Made by a program: the position numbers and the translations under genes. A stretch of DNA of 64,000 bases from a virus (Duplodnaviria; Heunggongvirae; Uroviricota; Caudoviricetes), in IMG/VR virus record IMGVR_UViG_2671180676_000004, positions 1 to 64,000 of that record; one strand, given 5' to 3'. The notes beneath the pieces are model-generated. The model made no database searches. It saw only the letters and a list, made by a program, of their open reading frames with translations, and was not told where the DNA came from. This document shows, one piece after another, positions 39,105 through 48,617 of this stretch; position 1 is the stretch's first letter, and each line of letters opens with the position of its first letter.

Positions 39105-39568
39105 AATACGATGCGCATCAGTTCAAACGTGCGGGGAATAGACTCAACAACAGCCAGAAAGCATTTAAGCGATATCTTATTCGGGACATGGAAAAGCTGG
39201 CGCGTTTGGTTGAGCGCCTCAGCCGTGCAATGGCCCCGCTGGAAACCGGATCTCTGGAGACAGCCATCTTTGCCAGGGTGATTAAAGAAGGTTATTCAGG
39301 GCTGCGTATTGAGCTTTCTGTGTCTGGAGCAAAACCACGTCAGGGGCATCCGGGCGTAGAAGTAGGTGACTATGCTAAGTACATGGAGCTGGGTAAATAC
39401 CGACTCGGTTATCTTTCTCGAATGAAGAACGTGACAAACCCACCAATTGCCGGTGTTAAACCCCGTGTTGGGCCACACTTTCTGGAAAGAGCGGTGGAAA
39501 TTAGCGAGAAGCAGTTCTCAGAAGCGATTCTTGAGGCTGCCAGAAAAGCCGGATTTACGAGAGGTTAA
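39095..39568 (+). CDS. Hypothetical tail completion/neck protein
   Basis: Coupled ORF. Confidence 0.45.
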   Translation: MGLKYDAHQFKRAGNRLNNSQKAFKRYLIRDMEKLARLVERLSRAMAPLETGSLETAIFARVIKEGYSGLRIELSVSGAKPRQGHPGVEVGDYAKYMELGKYRLGYLSRMKNVTNPPIAGVKPRVGPHFLERAVEISEKQFSEAILEAARKAGFTRG

Positions 39569-39569
39569 T

Positions 39570-39953
39570 GTGTTTATTGAAGCGTTTGCAAGTTTGATGC
39601 AGAAGGCAAAGATTGGCACGGTCGGGACTGACATTTTCTGTCACTACTTGCCTGCCAATGTGAAATCTGGCGTCCTGCTTATTAACCCAAATACCGGTAT
39701 CAGCATCGATCATGAGCTACAGGGCTTTTATCACGAATCATTCACAATCATTGTGCGTGGTTCGTCAATTACTACGACGGTTGAGAAAGCCAATAAAATC
39801 ATTGAGATGTTTCCAGTAGAGGAAACGGAATCTGGTGGTGTTTATTTTCGACTTGTACGACCGATGGCGATGCCAATCATTTATCCCAAAAATGATGGGG
39901 CATTAATAGAAGCAGGCATTCCTGTTGAATTTGCTGGCTATTTATTGAATTAA
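39570..39953 (+). CDS. Hypothetical tail terminator-like protein
   Basis: GTG 39570 with SD GAGAGG; the track ORF from 39447 overlaps the previous gene. Confidence 0.4.
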   Translation: MFIEAFASLMQKAKIGTVGTDIFCHYLPANVKSGVLLINPNTGISIDHELQGFYHESFTIIVRGSSITTTVEKANKIIEMFPVEETESGGVYFRLVRPMAMPIIYPKNDGALIEAGIPVEFAGYLLN

Positions 39954-39960
39954 CTCAATT

Positions 39961-39978
39961 GGTAAGTATATACTTACT
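39961..39978. repeat. Motif B perfect palindrome (ggtaagtatatacttact)
   Basis: GTAAGTATATACTTAC is a perfect 16-bp palindrome; upstream of the major tail gene. Confidence 0.5.
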
Positions 39979-40027
39979 ATTAGCGCAATGAATGCGTAGA
40001 ATTAACGGAAAAAGGAGTTTTCCATCA

Positions 40028-40774
40028 ATGTCTAATACCCATGTAAAAAACATCAAACTTGGTGCCTGTAAGGTGTCGTTTGGTGGTGTGGATTTGGGTT
40101 ACACCAAAGGTGGTGTTCAGGTTGAAGTAGCCACTGAAACGCTGAAAGTCACCGTCGATCAGTTGGGGCAGACCGTAATTTCCGAATTAGTTCAGGGGCG
40201 CAACATTACCATCACCGCGCCTCTGGCTGAGTCTGTACTCCAAAACATGGTTGACCTGATGCCTGGTTCTACTCTGAGCGAAGATGACAACTCTGTCACG
40301 ATCACATCTGCACAGGGCGTTAACCTGATTGATGTGGCGAAGGAGCTGGTTCTGACTCCGCAGGACACCACCGACTATGTGTTGACCATCCCGAAAGCGG
40401 CAACCGCGGGCAACTTCACTATGACCTACCAGTCTGATGATGTTCGTGTGTTCTCTGTTCAGTTCAGCGCATACCCGGATGATGAAGGCGTTCTGGGCAA
40501 AATGAGCGGTCCTAAACCGGTAAAAACTGTGTCGATCTCACCGGAATCTCCAACCGTAAAAGCTGGAGAAACTGTGCAACTGACAGCCGAAATCACTCCA
40601 GCTGATGCCGCAGACAAAACCGGTGTTTGGGAATCCGAAGACCAGGAAAAGGCCACGGTAGATCAAACGGGTCTTGTGCGCGGTGTGGCGCAGGGTACTG
40701 CAAACATCTCCTTCACCAGCAATAGCGGTTCTAAGAAGGCTACTAAGTCAGTAACGATTAACTCCGCAGATTAA
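40028..40774 (+). CDS. Major tail protein with C-terminal Ig-like domain
   Basis: ATG 40028 with SD AAGGAG; C-terminus resembles the 36448 repeats (…AEITPADAADKTGVWESEDQEKATVDQTGLVRGV…). Confidence 0.65.
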   Translation: MSNTHVKNIKLGACKVSFGGVDLGYTKGGVQVEVATETLKVTVDQLGQTVISELVQGRNITITAPLAESVLQNMVDLMPGSTLSEDDNSVTITSAQGVNLIDVAKELVLTPQDTTDYVLTIPKAATAGNFTMTYQSDDVRVFSVQFSAYPDDEGVLGKMSGPKPVKTVSISPESPTVKAGETVQLTAEITPADAADKTGVWESEDQEKATVDQTGLVRGVAQGTANISFTSNSGSKKATKSVTINSAD

Positions 40775-40829
40775 TCAGTAATTAAGCAGAGGCTCAGGAT
40801 GAGCCTCTCTTTTAAAAGGATTTTAACCA

Positions 40830-41147
40830 ATGACCAAATTACTCGATCTCGATTCCATTCTGCCTCCGAAGAAAAGCATCAAATTTGGCGGTCAGGAATA
40901 TCCCATCGTTGAAATGACGGTAGGTCTGTTCGTTTCCATCAAGCAGATGGAAGGCAAAGATCTCATGAACATGTCTCCTGTTGAGCAAGTGACAGCTTAT
41001 GCAGATCTGGTTCGTAAGGTTATCCCTTCAGTACCTGACGAAGTTCTTGAAAAACTGACTGTTCCGCAACTCCAGCAGATCTTCACCTTCGCTATGGAAG
41101 TGATTGATGAAGAAAACGAAAAAGCGGCTGGCGAAGGGGCAAAGTAA
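40830..41147 (+). CDS. Tail assembly chaperone (lambda G-like)
   Basis: Small acidic protein between major tail and tape measure genes. Confidence 0.65.
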   Translation: MTKLLDLDSILPPKKSIKFGGQEYPIVEMTVGLFVSIKQMEGKDLMNMSPVEQVTAYADLVRKVIPSVPDEVLEKLTVPQLQQIFTFAMEVIDEENEKAAGEGAK

Positions 41148-41227
41148 TTTCCCGCGATGAATCCGGGACAAGGACCGTCTCAATAGATCTCGGATTCTAT
41201 TTCAGTCGTGTAGTTGCTCACTACGCC

Positions 41228-41497
41228 GTGTCGCCATTAGAGCTACTGAACGTTCCTCTCACGATGTTCTGGATGCTCAGTCGCAATATAGACCGTCTGC
41301 GTGCGGAAGAGGATGTCCGCAACTTACAAGTCGCTCGTGCGTCCCAGGCGGATGGCGAGGCTGTGAAGGCGTTCATGGAGGGTTTGCAACTCAGGATTGG
41401 AAGACCAGTCGTAACAGATAAAGTCTACGATCCAAGCCAGGATAAGGCAGACCCTGACGCCAAAGAGCAACTGATGCAAATATTTGGCAGAGGATGA
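41228..41497 (+). CDS. Tail assembly chaperone frameshift extension (lambda T-like)
   Basis: -1 frame open from 41111, overlapping the last 12 codons of the G-like gene; no independent ATG (track start is GTG). Confidence 0.45.
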   Translation: MSPLELLNVPLTMFWMLSRNIDRLRAEEDVRNLQVARASQADGEAVKAFMEGLQLRIGRPVVTDKVYDPSQDKADPDAKEQLMQIFGRG

Positions 41498-41504
41498 CAA
41501 GGGA

Positions 41505-44500
41505 ATGTCACAAAACGTAGAGTTTATCCTGTCGCTGGAAGACAAACAGTTTACAGCGTCAATCGATCGTGCGGGGAAACTGCTTACTCGATTTGGTGAG
41601 CAGGTAACAAAGCCTGCTCAAAAAATCCAAACCTTTGAACGCTCTTTGGGTTCGGTCGCCCGTATCATGGGCGTTCTGGAAAGCAAGCTCGATTCTACGG
41701 CAGATAAACTACAGGATGTAGCTGCCGGTTTTGAGCTTGCTTCAGATGCTACGCGTAAAATGCGTGGCAACATCACCAGCCTCAATTCTGGTCTTAAAGC
41801 CCTGATTGAGCGCGTCGATACGACAACTTCTTCAGTAGATAAACTCACCGCGTCATTACGTAAAGTGCAATCAGAGCTAAATGATTTCTCTGATTGGGCG
41901 ACCTATGCAAGCAAAAGCGCAAGCCGCTTTGGTACGGAGGTCAAAGAAGCCTCTGCGTCCGTGAGTGGCATGAATACGCGCCTTAATACCACGACGAAGC
42001 GACTCAGTAATTGGGGTGTCACAACGAGTCAGGCTGCCGAGGGACTGAAAAAGGTTCGTGAGCAGATGGACGAAGTTATCGGACGTCAGCAACTGATTAG
42101 CAAGCCGGTACGCGTTCGTACATCTGGAAGTGGCGATGGTGGTAGCGGGCGGCGTAGCGGCGCTTCTGGCCATAGCGGTAAAAGTAACGAAGGAGGTATG
42201 TTCTCTGGCCTTCGTGGCAACATTTTCCTGCTTGGCGAGATCGGAGATGCAGCCAGAACGGTTACTGACATAATGTTTGGGTGGCAGAAGCCTATTGTTG
42301 AAGCTGCGGCCGAAATGGAACGTATGCGGGTGATGCTTCGAGGGTTGAATAAGGAGAAGTCCAACCCGGGCCAGGCTGCCGCTGATGATATGAAGTACAT
42401 CGTAGACATGGCGCAAAATGCGCCGTTCGCGATGCAGGCGTTAACAGATTCCTTCGTGAAGTTTCGTTCTGCTGGCTTAGATCCAACCGATGGTTCTCTG
42501 AAGGCGCTGGTGGACTCCGTTGCTCGTTTTGGTGGTGATAGTGAGCTGTTGAAACGTGCGGCTGTGGCCGTTCAGCAGATGTCCGGTAAGGGCGTTGTGT
42601 CAATGGAAGAGCTACGTCAGCAATTAGGTGAAGCCGTTCCTAACGCGATGCAGGCAATGGCAGACGCCGCAGGCATCACTATGGGGGAACTGACTAAAGC
42701 CGTTGCCAGCGGTACGGTTGAGGCAAAACAGGCGTTGTCTCTGATGTTTGTTGGTCTGCGTGCGGAGAATGAGAACGCAGCGAAAGACATGATGCAAACC
42801 TACACAGGTGCGCTGGCACAACTTCAGACCTCATTTACGCTATTTGCAGATCGTGTTGGTCAGGCCGGATATCTGGATTCTCTATCAAAGGGGATGAAAG
42901 AACTGGCTTCAATCATGAATAGCGCGGAAGGGATTTCGTTTGCCAATTCTTTAGGTTCGGGGTTAACGACGGCAATCGATGGGTTGCGTCAGCTTGCTCA
43001 ATGGTTAGCAAAGAACCAAGAGTTGGTAATTAATCTCGGTAAGGTTGTGGCCGCGATGGTTGCGTTCAAACTGATGCGAGCAGGGGTCATGGGGGTAGTT
43101 GGCGCTGGCAGCCAGATGGTTAGCACCTTTGCCACGATGGCGACCGCTATACAGACTCCATTTAACCTCGGCGCTACAGCAGTAACTCGATTCAATCGTG
43201 CGGCACGTATGGGGCTGGCTCCGATCCCCTCTCTTATTTTCGCCATCCGTGGGGCGATTACGGGGCTTAAAGGCGCTTTTGCAGGATTAACGGCGTTCAT
43301 TGCGGCAAACCCTATAGGGGCAGCATTTACAGTCGCCACTGTAGCTGTTGCTGGCCTAATCACGTACATGACCATGCTCCGCAGCGAAACTTCAAAGGTC
43401 GTTGACGAGATTAGGAAAATACCAGAGGCGATGACGGCGGCCAAACGTGCACAAATGGCCGACCGCGCAGAAAAGCTCGAAAAGCAGATTCTTGCTGATC
43501 AACGAGCATTAAAAACTGGTGAGGGTGTTAATTACGTATCTAACTCTGCCGGTGTTATTACTCACAAAGAGTCGAAGGCTGACATCGAAGCACGCCTGAA
43601 AAAAAATCAGGAGGAGTATCAAAAGATAACCGGCACGATAGCTCTTGGTGACGGCGCTGTAGCAAAGCGTTTGGCTAAAGAGGCTGCCGAATCTCAGATT
43701 GAGAAAATTCGAGCGGAAAACCAGATTTTCGCGGCAACATTCGTGAAAGCCCGGCAAGAGGCTCTGGATAAGATCCAGAAAATCAATGATGACGGTTCAC
43801 TTTCAGATGACGAAAAGAACAAGCTATTGGCACCGTTACGTGAAACGGTAAACAAAAGCTATCTGGAGCCTGCGCAAAAACTGGTTGATTCACTTTCTTC
43901 TCGTAAGAATGCGACCGAGAAGCAAATTGCGACTCTTAATGATCAGCTTGAAAAAGCCAAAAAGGATGGAAATACCGAGCAGATCCAGAAACTGCAAGGC
44001 AGTATTCGTGGTTATCAGGAGCATTTGGAAGCCGTTGCTCAGGAGCTGACTCAGGCAGAGTTCGAGAGAGATAACGCGGCCAAAACTGGTAAGGGCGTAA
44101 TGTCAAACCAGGGGACTGTTCTTGGGTTAGGTACAACTGATAAAGCTGCTCAGAAGGCGCTGGCGCAATATATGCGAAACCAGATGGATTCTGCGACTTA
44201 TCAACGTACTTTGCCTGACGGCACTCCGATGATGGACTTCGAAGGTAAGCCGATTATTGGGCCTAAACAACTCAAGACGCAGCTTAATTTGCAGAAAGCA
44301 TCCAGTGCCAGCTCTCTGGAGAAAATGAGCGATGAAGAGCGTGCCGCAGCCATTGCCGCACTTACTAAAGCTCGTGAACAGGATGCCGCAGCCGCCGAGA
44401 AAGCAGCCCAACGATCAGCTAATGCCTCGCAGCGTGCGGCCAAGAAAGAACAGGCAGCGCAACAGAAACTGGCGGCCGGATATCAGAAGGCTCTGGATAA

Positions 44501-46076
44501 AGCCGATCAGCTTATGGGGCAAATGGGTGAAAGCTCTAAGGCTACGGTATCGTTTGATCAGTCTCTTCGCGATACAACAAAATCGCTAACTGATTTGGCT
44601 AATGCGATTCCTAACGAGTTCATCACTCAAGAGATGATCGACAAGGCGAAAAAACGTCTTGAAGACCTCAAAAATGCGACACCTGAATATCGCGAGATGT
44701 TTAATCGCCGCAATGTTGAGCAGATGATCTCCACTTGGGCACCGGAGGCGGATTCCATTATTAGTGCTGGCTATACGCCATCTCGCGAAGAGAAAGTTGC
44801 TGATTTCGAAGACACCTACAACCGCAATCTCAAAGCGTTGATAGAACTTCGTGATAAGGCGTCTGATCCTAAAGTTGTGGCGCTTTATACAAAGAAAATC
44901 AATCAACTGATTGCTGCTGGCAATACCGCGCTTATTAAAGAGACGGGGACTGCGACGCAGAAGTTGGCACTGGAATACGAAAACCTGGCAGAGCAGGTCG
45001 AAAGCACCTGGACTGATTTGTTTAGTGGCTTAACTGATGTCCTGACTGATTTCGTTATTAACGGGAAGATGAGCTTCTCCAGCCTATCTCAGTCCATTTT
45101 GAAAGATATCACCAATATGGTCGTGAAGTCGCAGATCACGCTGCCTCTAATGAACATGTTGGGGATGGGAACCACCGCAGCTGGTAGTTCACAGAGTGGC
45201 AATTTGCTGACCGGGGTTGCTTCTGCCGTTGCCAATCAAGGTGTACGAATGGGCAACACTGTTAATGGCGACAAGTCGGTAGGAGAAGCCACGAAGGAGA
45301 CGTCCAGTTCGGTAACTGGATTGGGGCAAACAACACAGCAGACCACCAGCGCAATTGGCACAGCAACAAATGCGATTGGTAGCTGGGTATCGGGGCTATT
45401 TGATAGCACCGAAGCCAAAGATGCTGAGACAAAAGCAGTGAAGGACTCCATCTTCTCGATGCAGAATCTCAGCTCTGTTACCGGCGCTCTGTCAGCCGCG
45501 TTTGCAATGCTTGGAGCTAATGCTTCCGGCTCTGGTAATAAGTGGTTGAATTTCGGCGCGACAGTTGCATCTGGTTTGGTTTCAGTATGGGCTGGTGGTG
45601 GATTCGATGGATTGATGTCCGGTTCTTCTGGCTCAACTTCCGGGTTCAACAATCTGACCAGTTCTGCTGCCGATGGCACGAATGGTATTCCTGCAATTCC
45701 GAAGTTTGCAAATGGTGGCATATTCGGAAAAGACGGCGTGATCCCGCTCCGGGCATACCAGAAAGGCGGTATCGCCAACTCACCTCAATTGGCGTTGTTT
45801 GGGGAAGGCGATATGAATGAGGCGTATGTTCCATTGCCTGATGGTCGAACAATCCCTGTAACGCTCAGTACCGATGGTATGAGTGGAGGAGGAAATGTTC
45901 TTTCTCCGGTATCAATTGAGATCAACGTCCATAGTGACGGTAGCACAACTGAATCCGGCGATACAGAAAGCATATGGAACAATGCCGCTCAACGGATGAA
46001 AGCAATCGCGCTTGAGACTATCGCTCAAGAGAAACGCCCTGGCGGATCACTCAACCCAAACACTCAACGTAACTAA
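41505..46076 (+). CDS. Tail tape measure protein
   Basis: About 1520 aa, helical, Gly/Ala-rich TM-like central block; ATG 41505 with SD AAGGGA. Confidence 0.85.
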   Translation: MSQNVEFILSLEDKQFTASIDRAGKLLTRFGEQVTKPAQKIQTFERSLGSVARIMGVLESKLDSTADKLQDVAAGFELASDATRKMRGNITSLNSGLKALIERVDTTTSSVDKLTASLRKVQSELNDFSDWATYASKSASRFGTEVKEASASVSGMNTRLNTTTKRLSNWGVTTSQAAEGLKKVREQMDEVIGRQQLISKPVRVRTSGSGDGGSGRRSGASGHSGKSNEGGMFSGLRGNIFLLGEIGDAARTVTDIMFGWQKPIVEAAAEMERMRVMLRGLNKEKSNPGQAAADDMKYIVDMAQNAPFAMQALTDSFVKFRSAGLDPTDGSLKALVDSVARFGGDSELLKRAAVAVQQMSGKGVVSMEELRQQLGEAVPNAMQAMADAAGITMGELTKAVASGTVEAKQALSLMFVGLRAENENAAKDMMQTYTGALAQLQTSFTLFADRVGQAGYLDSLSKGMKELASIMNSAEGISFANSLGSGLTTAIDGLRQLAQWLAKNQELVINLGKVVAAMVAFKLMRAGVMGVVGAGSQMVSTFATMATAIQTPFNLGATAVTRFNRAARMGLAPIPSLIFAIRGAITGLKGAFAGLTAFIAANPIGAAFTVATVAVAGLITYMTMLRSETSKVVDEIRKIPEAMTAAKRAQMADRAEKLEKQILADQRALKTGEGVNYVSNSAGVITHKESKADIEARLKKNQEEYQKITGTIALGDGAVAKRLAKEAAESQIEKIRAENQIFAATFVKARQEALDKIQKINDDGSLSDDEKNKLLAPLRETVNKSYLEPAQKLVDSLSSRKNATEKQIATLNDQLEKAKKDGNTEQIQKLQGSIRGYQEHLEAVAQELTQAEFERDNAAKTGKGVMSNQGTVLGLGTTDKAAQKALAQYMRNQMDSATYQRTLPDGTPMMDFEGKPIIGPKQLKTQLNLQKASSASSLEKMSDEERAAAIAALTKAREQDAAAAEKAAQRSANASQRAAKKEQAAQQKLAAGYQKALDKADQLMGQMGESSKATVSFDQSLRDTTKSLTDLANAIPNEFITQEMIDKAKKRLEDLKNATPEYREMFNRRNVEQMISTWAPEADSIISAGYTPSREEKVADFEDTYNRNLKALIELRDKASDPKVVALYTKKINQLIAAGNTALIKETGTATQKLALEYENLAEQVESTWTDLFSGLTDVLTDFVINGKMSFSSLSQSILKDITNMVVKSQITLPLMNMLGMGTTAAGSSQSGNLLTGVASAVANQGVRMGNTVNGDKSVGEATKETSSSVTGLGQTTQQTTSAIGTATNAIGSWVSGLFDSTEAKDAETKAVKDSIFSMQNLSSVTGALSAAFAMLGANASGSGNKWLNFGATVASGLVSVWAGGGFDGLMSGSSGSTSGFNNLTSSAADGTNGIPAIPKFANGGIFGKDGVIPLRAYQKGGIANSPQLALFGEGDMNEAYVPLPDGRTIPVTLSTDGMSGGGNVLSPVSIEINVHSDGSTTESGDTESIWNNAAQRMKAIALETIAQEKRPGGSLNPNTQRN

Positions 46077-46118
46077 CTATCGACTGCCCCGACCGGGGCA
46101 GTCTCACAAGGATGTGAG

Positions 46119-46454
46119 ATGGAAAGACAAACGTTTAATTGGTATCCAGATTACGAATCTGAAAAAAGCGTAAAACCGAATGTAACGGTACTTAATTTTG
46201 GTGATGACTACGAGCAGCGACAGGCTCAAGGTCTTAATCGTATTAAAGAAGAATGGTCGTTAACCTTTACCAGATCATACAACGAAATTAATGCAATCGA
46301 TGACTTCCTGACTGAGCGATCAGGCGTTGAATCGTTCTATTGGGTTAATCCAAGAGGCAAGCAGATTGTAGTTGTATGTGACAGTCATACGGTCAAGCGA
46401 TATCAGGGGCACTGTGTCTTAACTGCTACATTCAGACAAGTATTTGAGGCTTAA
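46119..46454 (+). CDS. Minor tail protein M (lambda M-like)
   Basis: Pattern F.W…FGD.YEQR…GLN…W…FL.ERSG.ESFYW…V.C…FRQVFE matches lambda M. Confidence 0.65.
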   Translation: MERQTFNWYPDYESEKSVKPNVTVLNFGDDYEQRQAQGLNRIKEEWSLTFTRSYNEINAIDDFLTERSGVESFYWVNPRGKQIVVVCDSHTVKRYQGHCVLTATFRQVFEA

Positions 46455-46460
46455 GTATCT

Positions 46461-46479
46461 GGATAAGTAAGTACTAATC
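46461..46479. repeat. Motif B-like copy (ggataagtaagtactaatc)
   Basis: M/L junction. Confidence 0.35.
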
Positions 46480-46536
46480 TACTATCATTGTGGCGCTGAC
46501 AGGATGTTAGCGCCTACTTATTTCAAGGATGAAACA

Positions 46537-47235
46537 ATGGGAATTAAAGCTGATATTCAGAGCTTATCTCCCTCTGCACTCATTGAGTTGTTCGTACTGG
46601 ATATGTCGAACACAACTTCAGGGGGGAAGCTATTCTTCCACGCCGGAACAAACGAACTGATGCAACCGGTCGTCTGGCAAGGGGTGACATACGAGCCGTG
46701 GCCAATCAAAGCATCAGGCTTTGACAAAACGGGCCAGGGAACGTTGCCACGTCCAAAAATTCAGGTATCGAACTTTGCCGGAACCGTCTCTGCGGAAGTT
46801 CAGGCGAACGACGATCTTGTTGGCTGCCGCATTATTCGCAAGATGACGCTGGCTCGCTTCCTCGATGCCGTTAATTTTAAAGACGGCAACCCAACAGCAG
46901 ATCCAAACCAACATTTCCCGGATGAAATGTGGTTTATCGAACAGAAAACTCTCGAAACTCATCAGGTTGTCGAGTTTGAATTGTCCAGTGTGTTCGATTT
47001 GATGGGGGTGCAACTGCCGTATCGTCAGATCATTAAAAACACCTGCCCGTGGAAATACCGAGGGCCAGAATGCGGCTATACCGGTCCATATTTCGACAAA
47101 AATAACCAGCAGACGTCTATGTCTGGTGCGGATTACTGCACAAAACGTTATGACGCCTGTAATGCGCGTCGGAATTATTTTGCCGACGGTGTGATCCATT
47201 TTGGCGGATTTATTGGAGCTACGCGGTATGGGTAA
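46537..47235 (+). CDS. Minor tail protein L (lambda L-like)
   Basis: ARFLDAVNF…G…ADP and Cys cluster CPWKYRGPECGY…C…C match lambda L. Confidence 0.75.
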   Translation: MGIKADIQSLSPSALIELFVLDMSNTTSGGKLFFHAGTNELMQPVVWQGVTYEPWPIKASGFDKTGQGTLPRPKIQVSNFAGTVSAEVQANDDLVGCRIIRKMTLARFLDAVNFKDGNPTADPNQHFPDEMWFIEQKTLETHQVVEFELSSVFDLMGVQLPYRQIIKNTCPWKYRGPECGYTGPYFDKNNQQTSMSGADYCTKRYDACNARRNYFADGVIHFGGFIGATRYG

Positions 47236-48025
47236 TAAAGCAATCCCTGAGCTTGGCTCTGACGTTATGCAGCAAATCTATCTCTGCGCCATAAATCGCT
47301 ACCCTAATGAAGCGTGTGGCTTTCTGGTTAGAACTAATGGCGACAAATATCGCTTTATGGAAGCGCGGAATGTTTCGGAGAACCCGCAGAACACTTTTGT
47401 AATGCACGTTGACGACATTATGGCGGCAGAGGATGCGGGTGATGTTATCGCAATCTGGCATTCACATACTGATGAATCAGCAGAAGCATCTGATGCCGAT
47501 CGTGCAGGCTGCGAAGCGACGGAAGTTCCGTGGATGATTCTGGCTATTCGCAAGAATGTTGAGGGAGATGCCCCTTTCCATTTTAGCGAGATGAATGTGA
47601 TCACACCTGATGGTTTCGAAATGCCATACCTGGGTAGACCGTATGTATTTGGCGTATTCGATTGCTGGATGTTGTGTCGGGACTATTTGAAGCGTGAGTT
47701 TAACGTCGAGCTTAACCCGAACGCACACCTGCATATTCCATCGTGGTACACCGGCGATAACGACATTCTCGACCAGAACTACCGAAACGAAGGGTTGGTA
47801 CGGCTTGCGCCTGGAACAGAGCCTCAACGTGGGGACGTCTTCTTTATTCAATACGGGAAAATGCCAGATCACTGCGCGGTTTATATCGGTGATGGAATGA
47901 TTCTTCATCACCAGATCGACCGTCTTAGTTGTCGTGCTTATTACGGCGGAATGTATCAGAAACATACGACGCATCACTTGCGTCACAGAGACTTGCTCAA
48001 GGGAGATGAGACGTGTCTGAGTTAG
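47201..48025 (+). CDS. Tail tip assembly protein K (JAB/MPN + NlpC/P60)
   Basis: JAB-like HSHTDESAEASDAD plus C-terminal NlpC/P60-like Cys/His segment; start uncertain. Confidence 0.7.
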   Translation: MADLLELRGMGNKAIPELGSDVMQQIYLCAINRYPNEACGFLVRTNGDKYRFMEARNVSENPQNTFVMHVDDIMAAEDAGDVIAIWHSHTDESAEASDADRAGCEATEVPWMILAIRKNVEGDAPFHFSEMNVITPDGFEMPYLGRPYVFGVFDCWMLCRDYLKREFNVELNPNAHLHIPSWYTGDNDILDQNYRNEGLVRLAPGTEPQRGDVFFIQYGKMPDHCAVYIGDGMILHHQIDRLSCRAYYGGMYQKHTTHHLRHRDLLKGDETCLS

Positions 48026-48606
48026 TTCATGTGCAGCTTGGCGGACCTATGGCTAAACATTTTGGTCGCCACTGGCATCTAAAGGTGCGCAATACAAAAC
48101 AGGCTCTGGATTTAATTGAAGCCAACAAGCCTGGGTTTAAAGCATGGATGAAGCGCAATATCAAAACCTATGACAGTTACCACATCCAGATCACCAATAA
48201 ACAGGGCCACAAGTGGTCTGTTGACGAAAGTGAATATCAGATGATGGGGCAGTCTGACAACATTGCCAAAATCCGCATTACACCTGTTCCGCGAGGAAGC
48301 GGTGGATCTGCTTTTGGGTGGTTTCAGACGGTAGTAGGGGCCGCTTTGTTGGTTGTATCGGCGGTAGTGATGCCTGCTTTAGCACCTCTCGGTTTGTCAC
48401 TGATGATGGGCGGCATATCACAAATCATATCGCCGCAAGCCACTAACGAAAGTGTGAGACAGGCAGATAACTCGAACTCTTATTATTTCGACGGCCCTCA
48501 AAATACAGAAAACCAGGGCAACCCAGTACAACTTATCTATGGCGAGGAAATTCTGGTTGGCTCACAGGTTGTGAGTTCTTCAATCACGATTGACCAGCTA
48601 ATGTAA
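48013..48606 (+). CDS. Tail tip assembly protein I
   Basis: Position after K; hydrophobic central segment GWFQTVVGAALLVVSAVV. Confidence 0.65.
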   Translation: MSELVHVQLGGPMAKHFGRHWHLKVRNTKQALDLIEANKPGFKAWMKRNIKTYDSYHIQITNKQGHKWSVDESEYQMMGQSDNIAKIRITPVPRGSGGSAFGWFQTVVGAALLVVSAVVMPALAPLGLSLMMGGISQIISPQATNESVRQADNSNSYYFDGPQNTENQGNPVQLIYGEEILVGSQVVSSSITIDQLM

Positions 48607-48617
48607 ACAAGGATTTT

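Noticed and set aside
41618-45982. Multiple antisense or alternative-frame ORFs inside the tape measure gene
   Set aside because: Embedded in a long helical, GC-biased gene; no SD and biased composition.
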